The notes below the pieces were generated by a model that saw only the letters and a list, made by a program, of their open reading frames with translations, was not told the DNA's origin and searched no databases. The position numbers and the translations under genes are program-made. A DNA stretch of 59,362 bases from assembly GCA_904063045.1 (NCBI GenBank), contig CAJFCJ010000043.1, forward strand, positions 1 through 59,362, in the 5' to 3' direction. This document shows, piece by piece, positions 45,910-57,649 of the stretch. Numbering within the stretch: position 1 is the first letter of the stretch; each line of letters opens with the position of its first letter. Source of the DNA: Dimorphilus gyrociliatus. Lineage: Eukaryota; Animalia; Annelida.

Positions 45910-46815
45910 CTATTTGCAAGTAATCTTTTCAAAGAGGTTTCTGTAGAATTTTTTGGTTTGAAGCCTAATTGAATATTTAGTATAGCTATGAACAAGGGGA
46001 TTTATTGTTGAATTTGAGACACTAACTGTCAAAAACAAATTAAAGAGTAATCTAAATTCTTCATCTGATAAAGAAAATATTTCTTTCCTCTTATGATAAG
46101 TTGTAAGTGTAATTATGGATGGTACAACCAATATGATGGTATTGTATATTAATAAAATGGTTAAGACCTTAATACTACTTCCTTCAGATTTTGAACTGTC
46201 AACATTTGATAAATCAGAAATTGCTCTTCTGTGTTTTCTTATAGCTCTAAGAATTGGAAAGTATAATAGTAAACTGGTAATAGCATTCGGTATTACAGTA
46301 CTAAATGACCAAAAATAGAGATATCCAAAAGAAACAACATTTGTAGATTCGCAGAAAAGTGTTGTATTTTGTTCCTTAATAATATCATATTTATTCCAAG
46401 TGAAAACTGGAATTGAGCCAATGATAAAACTGATAAACCATATGAGAAAAAGAAGGATAAATGCTCTCTGTAATGTCCATATTTTGTGAAAAGTTAATGG
46501 TCTTTTAATAGCCAAAAAGTTTTCCAACATGATAAATGTCAGTGTAAAAGATGATATAGCAATGATCATGAAAGCAGTTTGAATTAAAATGATACAACTG
46601 TAAAAAGTCATTTCTGTTTTCTTTAAAAGATAAAAGAATAATAGGCTAATTGAATAAAGAATATCAGTAAAAATCAGAGCTGTCACACCAAAATTTTGTA
46701 ATTTCCATAAATCTTTATTGATTGTACGAATTAATATTAAATTACAATTTAGACAAAGTCCAGCAAATTGACTTGAACAGGAAATAAATAGAATAAAATT
46801 TTCAACATAATCCAT
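45910..46815 (-). CDS. Orphan class A (rhodopsin-like) GPCR, single exon, 301 aa
   Basis: Seven hydrophobic segments; TM1 LN, TM2 L.FTD, TM3 C...LENFLAIKRP, TM4 W, TM7 NSTINPLVHSY; very short N-terminus. Confidence 0.9.
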   Translation of the reverse strand: MDYVENFILFISCSSQFAGLCLNCNLILIRTINKDLWKLQNFGVTALIFTDILYSISLLFFYLLKKTEMTFYSCIILIQTAFMIIAISSFTLTFIMLENFLAIKRPLTFHKIWTLQRAFILLFLIWFISFIIGSIPVFTWNKYDIIKEQNTTLFCESTNVVSFGYLYFWSFSTVIPNAITSLLLYFPILRAIRKHRRAISDLSNVDSSKSEGSSIKVLTILLIYNTIILVVPSIITLTTYHKRKEIFSLSDEEFRLLFNLFLTVSVSNSTINPLVHSYTKYSIRLQTKKFYRNLFEKITCK

Positions 46816-47299
46816 CTTTATGTTATTAGAAGCAGCCTTGCAGTAAATGATTAAGTATAGTGTTCTATAGATTTATAAACCTTTTATCCCCTCATCTGTT
46901 ATTTATAAATTGCTTTGTAATTTGCTGTGTTTATAATATATCAGTTTGTAAACTGGCAAAGTCATTCTTGTCAAATATCAGGAATACTTGATAGATGAGC
47001 TAAAATTGTAAACCAAACAATCAGCATAGTTTCATAATTAATGATATCATAATAGAAGCAAACATAGTTAATTAATGTCAAGATAATTTTAACTTTATCT
47101 TTGCACTACAAAATTGAGATGAAAGTTTTCTCTCCAACATAATTTCTATTTCATTACTGAACATAATAATCCTCAGCAGTCAGCTTCAGGTTTATTAATT
47201 TTTAAAATTTGTAATAATCAAATGAATTTATAATTTGGTTAAGCTTGGTTATAGGAGGAAAAACTAAGCTAACAAATTTTAAATTCATATTGTTTATAT

Positions 47300-47505
47300 G
47301 GGTGGGGGTGCGAATGTACAATGGGAGGGTCGAAGCCTACCTTAATATATCTAAGGTTGAGTGTTATATCTGTGTTATTTATATTCCCTAACCCTAAATT
47401 GGAGCCCCTCTAACAATAAATCTAATCAAATTTTCAAACTTACCCTTTCCTAAAATATTTTCAGGGTTGGAAATATTTGCTAACAGGTACATTTGCACCT
47501 GACCC
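47300..47505. mobile_element. 206-bp Mutator-type MITE; partial related copy at about 51255-51330
   Basis: Ends GGGTGGGGGTGCGAATGTAC and (rc) GGGTCAGGTGCAAATGTAC; flanks TGTTTATAT / TGGTTAAAT (7 of 9, decayed TSD); internal CCCTAACCCTAAA. Confidence 0.65.
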
Positions 47506-47720
47506 TGGTTAAATAAATTTAGGTGGTTAAGCATTCATAATAAATTGTATTGAGTAAAGTCTGTACAGTTTTCTAAAGAGCAGCTATACCAAAAAGCTAA
47601 TGAATACTAAAAAGTAGGAGTAAATTAGTCGTTCTTACTAAAGGAAAGTAGAAAAATATGGGGAATTTTTTTCTACTAAAATAACTTGTCTGAGTGGTGT
47701 GCATTTAATCATTTTGGACA

Positions 47721-50487
47721 ATGTCTTCACTGAATCAAGTCAGAAATTGATAATTGATAGAAAAATACTTTAATTGTTCAATTTTTATTATATTTTCAGG
47801 AAAAGGAAAATAATGAAGAAGTGAGAGAAGAGGAAAACACACCAAAAACTGAAGAAAAAAAGAAATATTCCAAGTGTAGGTTTTTTGTAATATTTCTTAT
47901 TACATTTATAGTTTTGGCTGTTATTGGAGCTGGTGTTGCTGTTCTATTTAAATTTATAATAAATAAATCAAAACCAGGTAATCTATTAATCTTAGAAAAA
48001 AATATCATATAACTAATTATTAATTATTTACCCAACAAATTAGATAAGAATGTTGATGAAAATCTGAAAAGCAGTAGCATTGGTACAAAATGTCTTTACA
48101 TATTTAAAAATGGTTTTATTAGGATGGATACAAATGTTATTTTCAAAGTGGATATTGTTTCTATAGGACTATTGATATTGAAGGATCAAGCTATCAATGG
48201 TCTAGAAAAAAAGTTTATCAAAGACAAATGAACAAATTGGAAATATTGCATTAATTGAATCTAAACTATTGAGGAACATTGGTAATAAATGTTTAAGGAT
48301 TCAACATGGAAGTTCTAAGGAGGCTGGGGAAAGTTCTCTCTCAGTTTGACAAATATTCTCTTCCTGAATCTCAATTTTAATCAAAAATTTTTTCAGGTAT
48401 ATTTCAAGCTTGACAATGGGAATCATTACTTTATTATCTCTTTTAATTACATATGGGAAGGTTTTTTTTATTTTTACAAAAGAAGCAACATTATTGACAA
48501 TCTTCCGGAAGAACCATTCAAGGTTTTTATTGAAAACAATCAATTCAATTTTTTAATCATTAATCATCGCTGTTCATTCTTAAAGATAGTTTTCAAGTAC
48601 TATAATCTCAGTTTATCTGAAAATATTGTAAATGTTAGCTGGATTTCTACAAGTATTTAATTACAAAACCAATAATGATGATGTCACAATTACAACACTA
48701 ACTTTCACTAAAGATATTATTGATAACTTCAAATATTTTGTATTCAGTTTTTATAAATCTAAGCCATCAGATTTTGAACAACAACTAACTGTTACAAAGA
48801 ATTTCAATGGTAACAGAATAGGACAAAGGTTTTTCATTCTTTTCTCTTGGTGTTTTTTTTTATTACTAAAATTATTATTAATCTATTCCAGTTCTCTATT
48901 TCAAAGTTCAACAAGTTGTCAACAATGTCAATATTTTGAATTAGAACCAGATTTAAAGAATGTAAAAAAAGTCAACTAATAACTCTTTAGCACTTATTAC
49001 CAAAAAAAAAATATTTTTTTTACCAGTTTATTTTCAAATTAAATGGCAAACATAAATTCAGCAAACTCTATTTTGATGACTTTGAAGTAACCAATTCCAA
49101 ACCAGAATTGATAGATTTGAACAATGGCAATAGTTTTACTTTTTATATATAATTTTTTTTTCTTTTTTTAAAATATTTTCATTTTCATTTTAAAATTTTT
49201 TTCAGATTTAAATAAATATCCATATTGTTTATTTTACAAAGAAGATTGTTATTGGTTTAGTTCTCACAGTTGTACTTGGCGTAGATTGCCTTTTCCTTCC
49301 TGTTTGTTCAAAATTTTTTAATTGATAGTATATCTTTTTTATTAATATACATTTAATCATTTTTTTTTTGTAAAGGTACATTTTTCAAATCCAGCTTGAA
49401 GTATAGGGTTACAACATATTTCAAAGTATTTGTAGAACATCCTGAAGATATTTGTGTCTCTTTTGAATATATGATAAGTGGAAAAACTGAATCTTATGAT
49501 GATCTTTGTCTGCTAGTAAGATATTTTTTTTTCATTATTTCTTTCCTCTGAATTGTTCAAAATAAAAAATGTATATTTAAAATAACTCAGATTCATGAAG
49601 ACAGAAATATTATTGATTTTAAACAAAAAGTTACCAATACACGTTTAAGAGAATCATTTGACATCAAAGGATATAATAATGTTAGAATTCATTTTTAAAT
49701 ATTATTGTGTTTTCATTGTTTTCTACATTTCTTAGATTTATTTTCAAGCTGTCTATTTCAAACCTACACAAAATGCTATTTATTTATATTATATTGAAAT
49801 TAAGAAAGATAAATGCAAAAATCCAACTATATCAATAATAAATGGTATATGATATATCACATGAAATATATATTGTCATTTTTAAATTTTTTTTTTAATT
49901 CATTCAGAACAAGATATAAATTGTAATTTTGAGAATGGACTTTGTGGTGATAAAATAAAAGAAGGACATTCATCAGCATTCGTACTTTATAGAGATGAAA
50001 TGAACAATCTTTATTCTGGAAAAAGTATCTAAATTTCTTTCAAAAGATAATTTTTTTTGTTTATTTTTTGTTTTTATCTAAAGATTCAGCTTTAATTTTG
50101 AGAAAACACTTGTCAAGTCCACAGATAAAATTTGTTAATATTAAACTCCTTTCGCCTAAAATCAATAAAACACTCATTGCAGCATGTTTTCAATTTGAAT
50201 CATAGTTTTTAAAGAATGGAACAGTTCCAAACTTTGTACCCATTCAAGTTCAATCTGAAATTGGACATATTTGGCAAGAAAGGCAAAAATCACTTTTTTT
50301 TATACAATAAAAGAAATGTAATATTTTTTTCACTTTTTCAAACTGTTGTCATTCAACAATCAAAGACTGTTCAGAGACGAAAATTTTGAAACTTGCTACT
50401 CAAATTAAACTAACATTTAATTTCACTTCTTTGAATGATGAAAAAGTGGTTTTTGATAATTTTGTCTTGAAAAATGGTCCTTGTTAA
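47721..50487 (+). pseudogene. Type II membrane MAM-domain protein, paralog B (disabled)
   Basis: MSSLNQ|EKENNEE..KKKYSKCRFFVIFLITFIVLAVIGAGVAVLFK (signal anchor); INCNFENGLCG; end VVFDNFVLKNGPC*. Versus paralog A: TAG 50203-50205 for TAT, GC donor near 50283, last acceptor ACAG changed to ACTG. Confidence 0.75.
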
Positions 50488-52114
50488 TCAAGTGAAAAAG
50501 AAGGGGTTAGATGCGAATGTATCAGAGTGTGAACACACACCTACTCAAAAAAAAGTGTTTTCAATTAAAAGTGACTTTTTTTTTAAAATGAAAAAAAAAA
50601 CTAAATAATTTAAAACTGAACCTTAAGTATGACCAGGCAAGGTCTGAGTTTGACCAAAGGATGATTGTATTTCTGGTTGTAGGTTTTTGAATAAGTGGTA
50701 TATAGTAGGAGAGTATGAGCATAAAAATAAGGAAAGTTGTACAATACTGTAGTACTTTAGGGACTTTTACTGCAATAGAAATATAACAAATTACTGGCTT
50801 TAAACAGAGAGAAAAAATCAGATTTTGAAAATTTTAGTATATGAATATTGCTTAGATATATATATACAATATCCCCAAGATTTAACTTTAAAAAGAAGTT
50901 CTCTTAAAAAAACTATTGGAAATTGTCAGACAATAAGACAAAAAAATTCTACTTGAAATGGATGGACATATTGGTGATATTGGAAAAAAAAATATATAAT
51001 TCACTCAGAACTTTAATCTGATTAGAGTGTTGGATCAAAGCGTGTTAATATAGGAAGAAAAAGTGGAAATGTAATATTCAAATTGTTTTGATTTAAAACT
51101 CATCTTTTGCATATCATCTGTCCAGCTTATTAGTTATCCATTATCAAGAATGATATAATTAGTCAAACAAGTTACTCTACCCAAATGAAATTTTATAGTA
51201 CTTTAGAGGTGTTTCTCCTTCTTCAGATGAGTTGAAAGGACTCAGTTCTAATCAGGTTGTGGGTGCAAATGTATCATTGGAAGGTCAAAGCCTGCCTTAC
51301 TAAATCTGAAATTGACTGTAATATCTGTTTGAGATCTAAAAATTATTTAAAAAGCTTTAAGACTACAGTGTTTATTATCTAAGCCTATATATTTCAGGAC
51401 TAGAAGGTTACTCAACAGCCTATGTGTAAATGTTCTACAGTATTTCTAATTGAAGGTTATTGAAGGTCAAGGGCAAAATATAATGGATCAATATGCTTAT
51501 GATATAATGTACAATGTATAAAAACAATGCAAACTCTACTCAAAAGACAAAATATTTCTTTAAATAGATTTCAAAGTTATTCATTATTTAAATATTAAAG
51601 ATTTCTAAATTTCATGTGTATTGCACATAGCTGCATTCTAGAAAAACAAGATCAAAAGCAAGATTATGTCTTTAGTCACTTTGTCACAGAGATTTCTATT
51701 TGAATGTAAAAAAAGAAACATTTTGATCATCCACAGTATTATTTCATTAATATCATTTTACATTCTGACAAAAGTTTCTTAATAATTTTGAATAAAGCAG
51801 ACTTTGCTTGTAAAGTTACCATGGTTATAGAATTGATACAAAAAAGAAACAGAAAAAAAAGTATTGGGAAATAAATTACTTAATGATTGTGTTATATATA
51901 TATATTCCTGAATAGTTTCCTCTTCTCCTCCATTACTTTAAGTTATCAATAACTCAAGATTAATTCTGATATTGTATTTTGTATTAAAAAAGAAATATGG
52001 ATAATAGTTAAGTAAAAGATATTGAGAATGTGAAAAGGAATTGTAAGTTGCATCTGAAATTTGAGATAAATCTTGAGCTATTTTCACTGCTTTCTTTGGT
52101 GTGATAAAGATAGG

Positions 52115-52849
52115 ATGGAGAAGAAACTTAACAATACTACATTTCTTTTAACAATTGATGAAATAGATTTGAAATTTTTTTCACCATTTTTAATTTATAT
52201 ATCAATTGTTATACTAATTGGAATACCTTTAAATATTCTAATCCTATTTTTTTATGATTCTAAAGAAAAGAAAGTATCATCATCATTCAATCCTGATAAT
52301 ATATTTATAAAGAGTATGGCAATTATTGATATTTTAATTTGTGGAATTTGTGGTCCATATTCAATAATTTTGGAACTGGGTTTTATAAAAAATGTTCTAC
52401 TTTGTAAAATATTTTCATTCATCTATCATTTTCTTTTAGTTTCATCATCATTTACATTTATGTTTGTTGCTATTGAAAGATGGTTTGGTGTTTGTAAACC
52501 ACTTAAAAAACTTAATAGACAACATATTAAAATAATGTTTTTATTAATTGGTTTATTTGCATCCATTGCTGGTCTAATAAATAGTTTATCACATGGAATT
52601 AAAATTGATGAAAGGCACAATACTGGTCATATTTTTAAAACTTGCTTCTCCCAATCTGGAATAATGGATGACATTTATAAATATCTTATTTGTATTGTAT
52701 ATATTGGAGCAGCTATTTTACTATATTCAATTTATGGTCTTATTTATAGAGTTATCTATTTAAGAAGTTTAAAATTAAGAAAAAATAAAGTGAGTGATAA
52801 TAGAGATACTATAAAAGATTTTAAAAATCTTAAAAAAGGATTTCTTTAA
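52115..52849 (+). pseudogene. Class A peptide-receptor-like GPCR truncated after TM5
   Basis: GIPLN (TM1), MAIID..CG..P (TM2), LCK..AIERWFGVCKP (TM3), TM4, TM5 ..YGLIY, then stop in ICL3. No TM6/TM7 can follow before the convergent RNF213 3' end at 52914. Confidence 0.75.
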
Positions 52850-52913
52850 TCCAATTAAAAACACAAAGATTATATAGTGAAAATAAAAGCAGATTAGTTC
52901 AGGTGATTAGTTA

Positions 52914-55900
52914 TCAATCATCATTAGGTAAAGTTTCCTTCATAGTGTCATATATAATTTTCCAAACTTCAATTCCATTTTCCATTATAATTTCCTTTGG
53001 CCATTGTTCTATTGGTTCAAATAGTGGTAGATTTAAATCAGTAAGATAAATGTCAAATATCTGCTCTAGGCTGCAAAAAGGAGAAAGAGAAATTTAGTAA
53101 TGTTATAATCAAAAATCACAAACACTTACGGATATTTCATATTATCTGGATCATCACTATATTCATAAATAATCAGTGAATGAGGATTTCATTAGCTACT
53201 TTTGCCTTTTGTTCAACACTTTTCTTAATTGCTTCTTTACACTTTTGACACAGTTGAGCATCATCAGGAACTATAAATAGTTGATGATCAATTAATAATT
53301 TATTGTGTTCTCTATCCAAAATACTCCAAAGATCTTCAACATGCTCAACATTACAACATTCTTTTACAGCTTTTGGGAAGCAGTCAGTTTTCAGGCTCAA
53401 TTCTTTAAGAAATTTATTTAACTTTTTGTTTGAGGAAACATCTGACAAAGTTGATAAATAGTCAATAGCAGTATTTAGAGTTGACCAACTATTATAAACT
53501 TCATCTATAAGCAGACATTCTTGAGATAATTGATCTGCAATATCTTTATCCAATGTAACTTGCTTAATGTTCAATTTTTTCAATTTAGTTTTCATTAAAA
53601 CATCATTGTTGCAAACAATGTATGGAATATTGTTAAATCTTAGTTCAGGATGATTATTCAACCATAAATAAGATAGTTGATGTCTTAAAAACTTAAAATT
53701 ATAAGTTATAGTCTCTTTTTTTGATCTTAATTCTATTTCATGTGAACTTGCTGAGAGAACTAAAATTTCAACATCCCTTTCAGCGTCAATATTAACAACT
53801 CTTTACATTAGAATCTTGAAATGGAAAAAAAAGAAGAAATCATTTTTTTAAATTTTAAAAACTTGAATTTTTGACACTGTGTCAAATAACTTTTTAAGCC
53901 TAAGGTATTATTGACAATGCTTACCTTTAATTTTCTTTAGACTGTTCCTGCAGCTCTTCCATGCCTTTTCAAATGACTTAAACAATTCTATATACTCTTC
54001 ATAAACTCTTTTATCATCTTGTTTGTAAGAATGTAGGGTTTTTTCTTTGAGTTGTTTTCTGGAGATTTTCCCCCATAAACTCTTAGTAACATTATAAATT
54101 AATTTCATAATGTTTGGAAGGTGTTTTATCAATTCAATCTGTTTTGCTTCTGTTAGAGCCAATAATATCAGCTTTTTATCAGCAGTTTCTTCACCATCTT
54201 TTTTCAATATACTGATAGCCTTATCAACAGTGATAATTTCTATATTTTTCCACATTTTTCTATTTCTTTGAAAAAGTTCATTATTGTCATTCTGTTGTTC
54301 ATCTCTCTGAATAATAGAAAGTCCTAAAGGATTTTATGTGGCACCACTATCTTCTTGTATTATCTGCTGAGTATGTTCTAAATTTTTAAGAGCATTTTCT
54401 ATCAATCTACTAGCAAAGATCTTTTCCCATTTTTCTCTGGATTTTTATTCATAGCAACTAGCATGATTATATAAAAAATTGCTCTTAAAATTGCTATATT
54501 TAATTCAGATAGACGATGGTATTTGACATTTTCATTCCATGCTGCTTCCCCAATAATATGACCACTTTGACTTTTAAAGTCATCTTCAGTCAATCTCGGA
54601 TTTCCTTTAGAATGATTATTCCAAGCACCACCAATCTCAACATTGCCTGCCCATTTTCCCAAGGCCTTCCACAGTCTCCAATTAAATACAAATGACCATT
54701 TGGACAAAAGTTTGCAGTAGTATTCTCAAACTTAAAGAGATTAAAGAGTAGATTAAAGCAACTTCTGCATGAAAAATCAGGTTGGAAAGAGGATTGCCAA
54801 AAATTTCATTATCTTTCTTTTCATTTAGAAATCTAGGAAATTCTCTATTAACTAAACTATTCCATAGTTTTTGATTGCAGAAGATCATCTTAGATCTCAA
54901 TTCATTCTCCTAAATACTAGAAAAGGATGGGGGGATAAAAGTATGGAGACAAAATAAAATTAATAACAATAACATGAAATCTTACCTGATCCAAAAATAT
55001 TTTTGATGTACTAGCAGATATTGCTGTATGGAGAGCAAGGATAGATAAATGTGGTTTTTCTAGTGATATTGTATCTAAGAGTTCATGGTTATTTGAGTTT
55101 TTAGAATAAAACAAACTGCGAATATTTTTATAGTCATTGTTGTTGTTATACAATAAGAATATATCTGAATTTGTTAAATCTGGAAATTTCTGTGAATCAA
55201 TCAGCCATTGAAAGTTTTGACATTTAAGTAAAAAAGATATTCCAGTCATTGGATACTTTTCAAAAATATATGTTAACAAGAAAATTCTTGGATTAGGATT
55301 TGGTCCTTGACACAAAGATTCAGCTGCTTGATTAATTTCTTTATCAACATTATCCAAATTCTCAATAGATATTGAAGCAATTTTCTTAAGACAACATCTT
55401 AAAACATCAATCCTTAAAAGAGTTTAAAAATCTTAAAAGGTCTACAGTTGTTAGTTCAGTTTTCAAACAGTACAGCTTGTTTTTATTAAACTTGCTGTTT
55501 TGGAAGTAGATGCTCCATTTTTTATCCACTACATCTGATTAATTAATTTCTTGTTTAATTACATGTTTTTGAGACTATTTGTAAAAGAATTTCTATTTGT
55601 GTGAGTATGGATTATGGAATGAACTTCCCATAGAATGAACGTCCCATTTTCAAAAGAATACACCTACTTGAAAGAAAAATTTAATATTTAAAAAATGAAT
55701 TATATATTTTAAAAGATATTTATACTTTTCAATGATGTAATGAGTAATCATTGTATCCACCCAAGAAAACTGATCTGATATTGGCAGTCAGATTGAAAGA
55801 TTGTGATAGAATGCTGGAACCACAGAAAATTAATCAGGGGAAAACTGCTCTACTAATGCACTTCTTCAAAAGAGAGCATGTGCCCTCAATGTTTATTTCA

Positions 55901-56130
55901 GATATTTTAGGCTGTGCATTTCAAGAATTTGAGAAAAAATGTTCAGGGTTAGATTTCCCAGTAGTTATCTCATAAAATCGCTTGAAATGTTCAATGAAAT
56001 AGCACCCAACATTGTAATACAGTTTATTTTCTTTTTAAGGCATATTGAATTAAGGAAAAAATGATCCAAACCAGAGTCACGGCATGAATCCACTAAAATT
56101 GATAATCCAAGTAGCATTGCCAATCATCTA
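52914..56130 (-). pseudogene. RNF213: C-terminal half of an RNF213/mysterin-like E3 ligase including RZ finger, multi-exon, disabled
   Basis: CPNGHLYLIGDCGRPWENG..(frameshift)NVEIGG..H..KSQSGHIIG (RZ finger + following motif); LEHTQQIIQED..*NPLGLSII; last exon SLEQIFDIYL..WPKEIIMENGIEVWKII, like the RNF213 C-terminus (SL..TL.SY..FPEEILL...VWK). Stops at 54334-54336 and 53173-53175. The 5' limit is approximate. Confidence 0.8.
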
Positions 56131-57299
56131 GCTCATACAACATGTAGAATCTAGTAACTCATTTACATTACCACTGTATAAAACATCCATCGCAGGACAT
56201 CACGGGGTTCCTCCAGAATAAATTAAGTAGATGATGTTTCTATTTTCCAAAGCCATTATTTACATCAATGGAAGATTCTTGGGAAAGCCTGTTAATACTA
56301 TAATATAGGTATCCTATTCTCCATTACTAGTTAATTTGATTTTTCACAAATACCTGATTTATTAATGCATATAAAATAGAATTGATCCATTATGGAAGAC
56401 TCTCTTCCTTCTTCAATCACAATTGTCTGTCTCATTGATAGACCAAACACAGAGCAATTTTCAGGTTTCCACATACAATGAAGGACAGTGGCACATGTTT
56501 CAAACAAAAGTTCAATGACAGAATAGCTGGTTTGTAATAGCAGGTTGCCAAATCACCAAACTAATGTCCAATGTTGAAGGAGTAGAAGGATTGAAGCTGT
56601 GTCTGTAATATCCAATCATCACTTTACAATTGCAGAACTGTCTAGTTAATATTTATGTTTATATCCTCGGCTACTTCTAAAAAGTTGTTCTTTTGTACAA
56701 TTACCAGATTCCATATTCTCATCTCTCATTATTAGAATTTGAAATAGACTATTACATATAATTGATATGCTTAGCTTTAAGATCTGCTTCCCTTTTCAAT
56801 TAAATCTGATAATCCCTTAATTCTACATCTCTCTTCTAAGTGGCTTACTCCTAATTCGGCTCTATTTGGATCAGTACTACTTACCTATGACCTCAGCAGG
56901 AAAGTACACCAACAAAACGTGATAACTCGTCATGACTGGTATATAGAAGATTTTTGGGAACAGACAACAAATATATACTGGCAACACTGAAAAATTTAAA
57001 ATTAAAGTTGTATGAAAAGGCCACACCAGAAGAGTTCAAAATGAAATACAGTGAAAACAGTTTCAAACCATTACTAAAATTAAAACAAAGAACATGGAAA
57101 AGATGAATATCAAAGTTGTTTTATCTTATTCAATAGCAGACTTGTGTGAGTACTTTGGTAAGTTGATAAATGATTGGACAGGATGAATACTGTTCTCAAG
57201 AAGTAGAAATTACTACAATACCAATACAACAAACTACAATAGTTTAATGACTTTAAATCAGCTTAAGTTCTAAATTTAGCATAATCCAAATGACAAGTC

Positions 57300-57540
57300 C
57301 TAGTGCATTAAGGCGATTGCCAGTCCTTACAGGTTGTGCTAATCCCAAATACTTAAGACATAATTCATAATTTTATAAACTTTTTTTTCAATATGAACAA
57401 AATCTTTATAAAGTTTTAGAAAATCTACAAAGGCACTAGGATTTGTATAAAATATAAAATCTTTCTGCATAGTTAGAAGAATATCCATCTTGGACCAGCC
57501 AACAACACTAGAAATGTCCACAATCTCACTGTAAACTTTA
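57300..57540 (-). mobile_element. CR1/L2-type LINE RT C-terminal relic
   Basis: SAFVDFLKLYKDFVH...IMNYVLSIWD*HN resembles FL.LYK..VRP.LEY.S..W.PH. Confidence 0.5.
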
Positions 57541-57649
57541 GCCTACAGACTCGTTTTGTCCTAACCCTATTAATAAAAGTATATAATATAAATATAGTTA
57601 TTGCAATTATCACAAACATTAAAGTTTATTAATTTTAGATACTGAAAAT

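Noticed and set aside
5921-54336. Alternative nuclear genetic code (stop reassignment) suggested by many in-frame stops
   Set aside because: All three stop codons occur at positions expecting different residues, and the 2435-aa, 458-aa and 448-aa ORFs have none internally. Pseudogenisation explains it.
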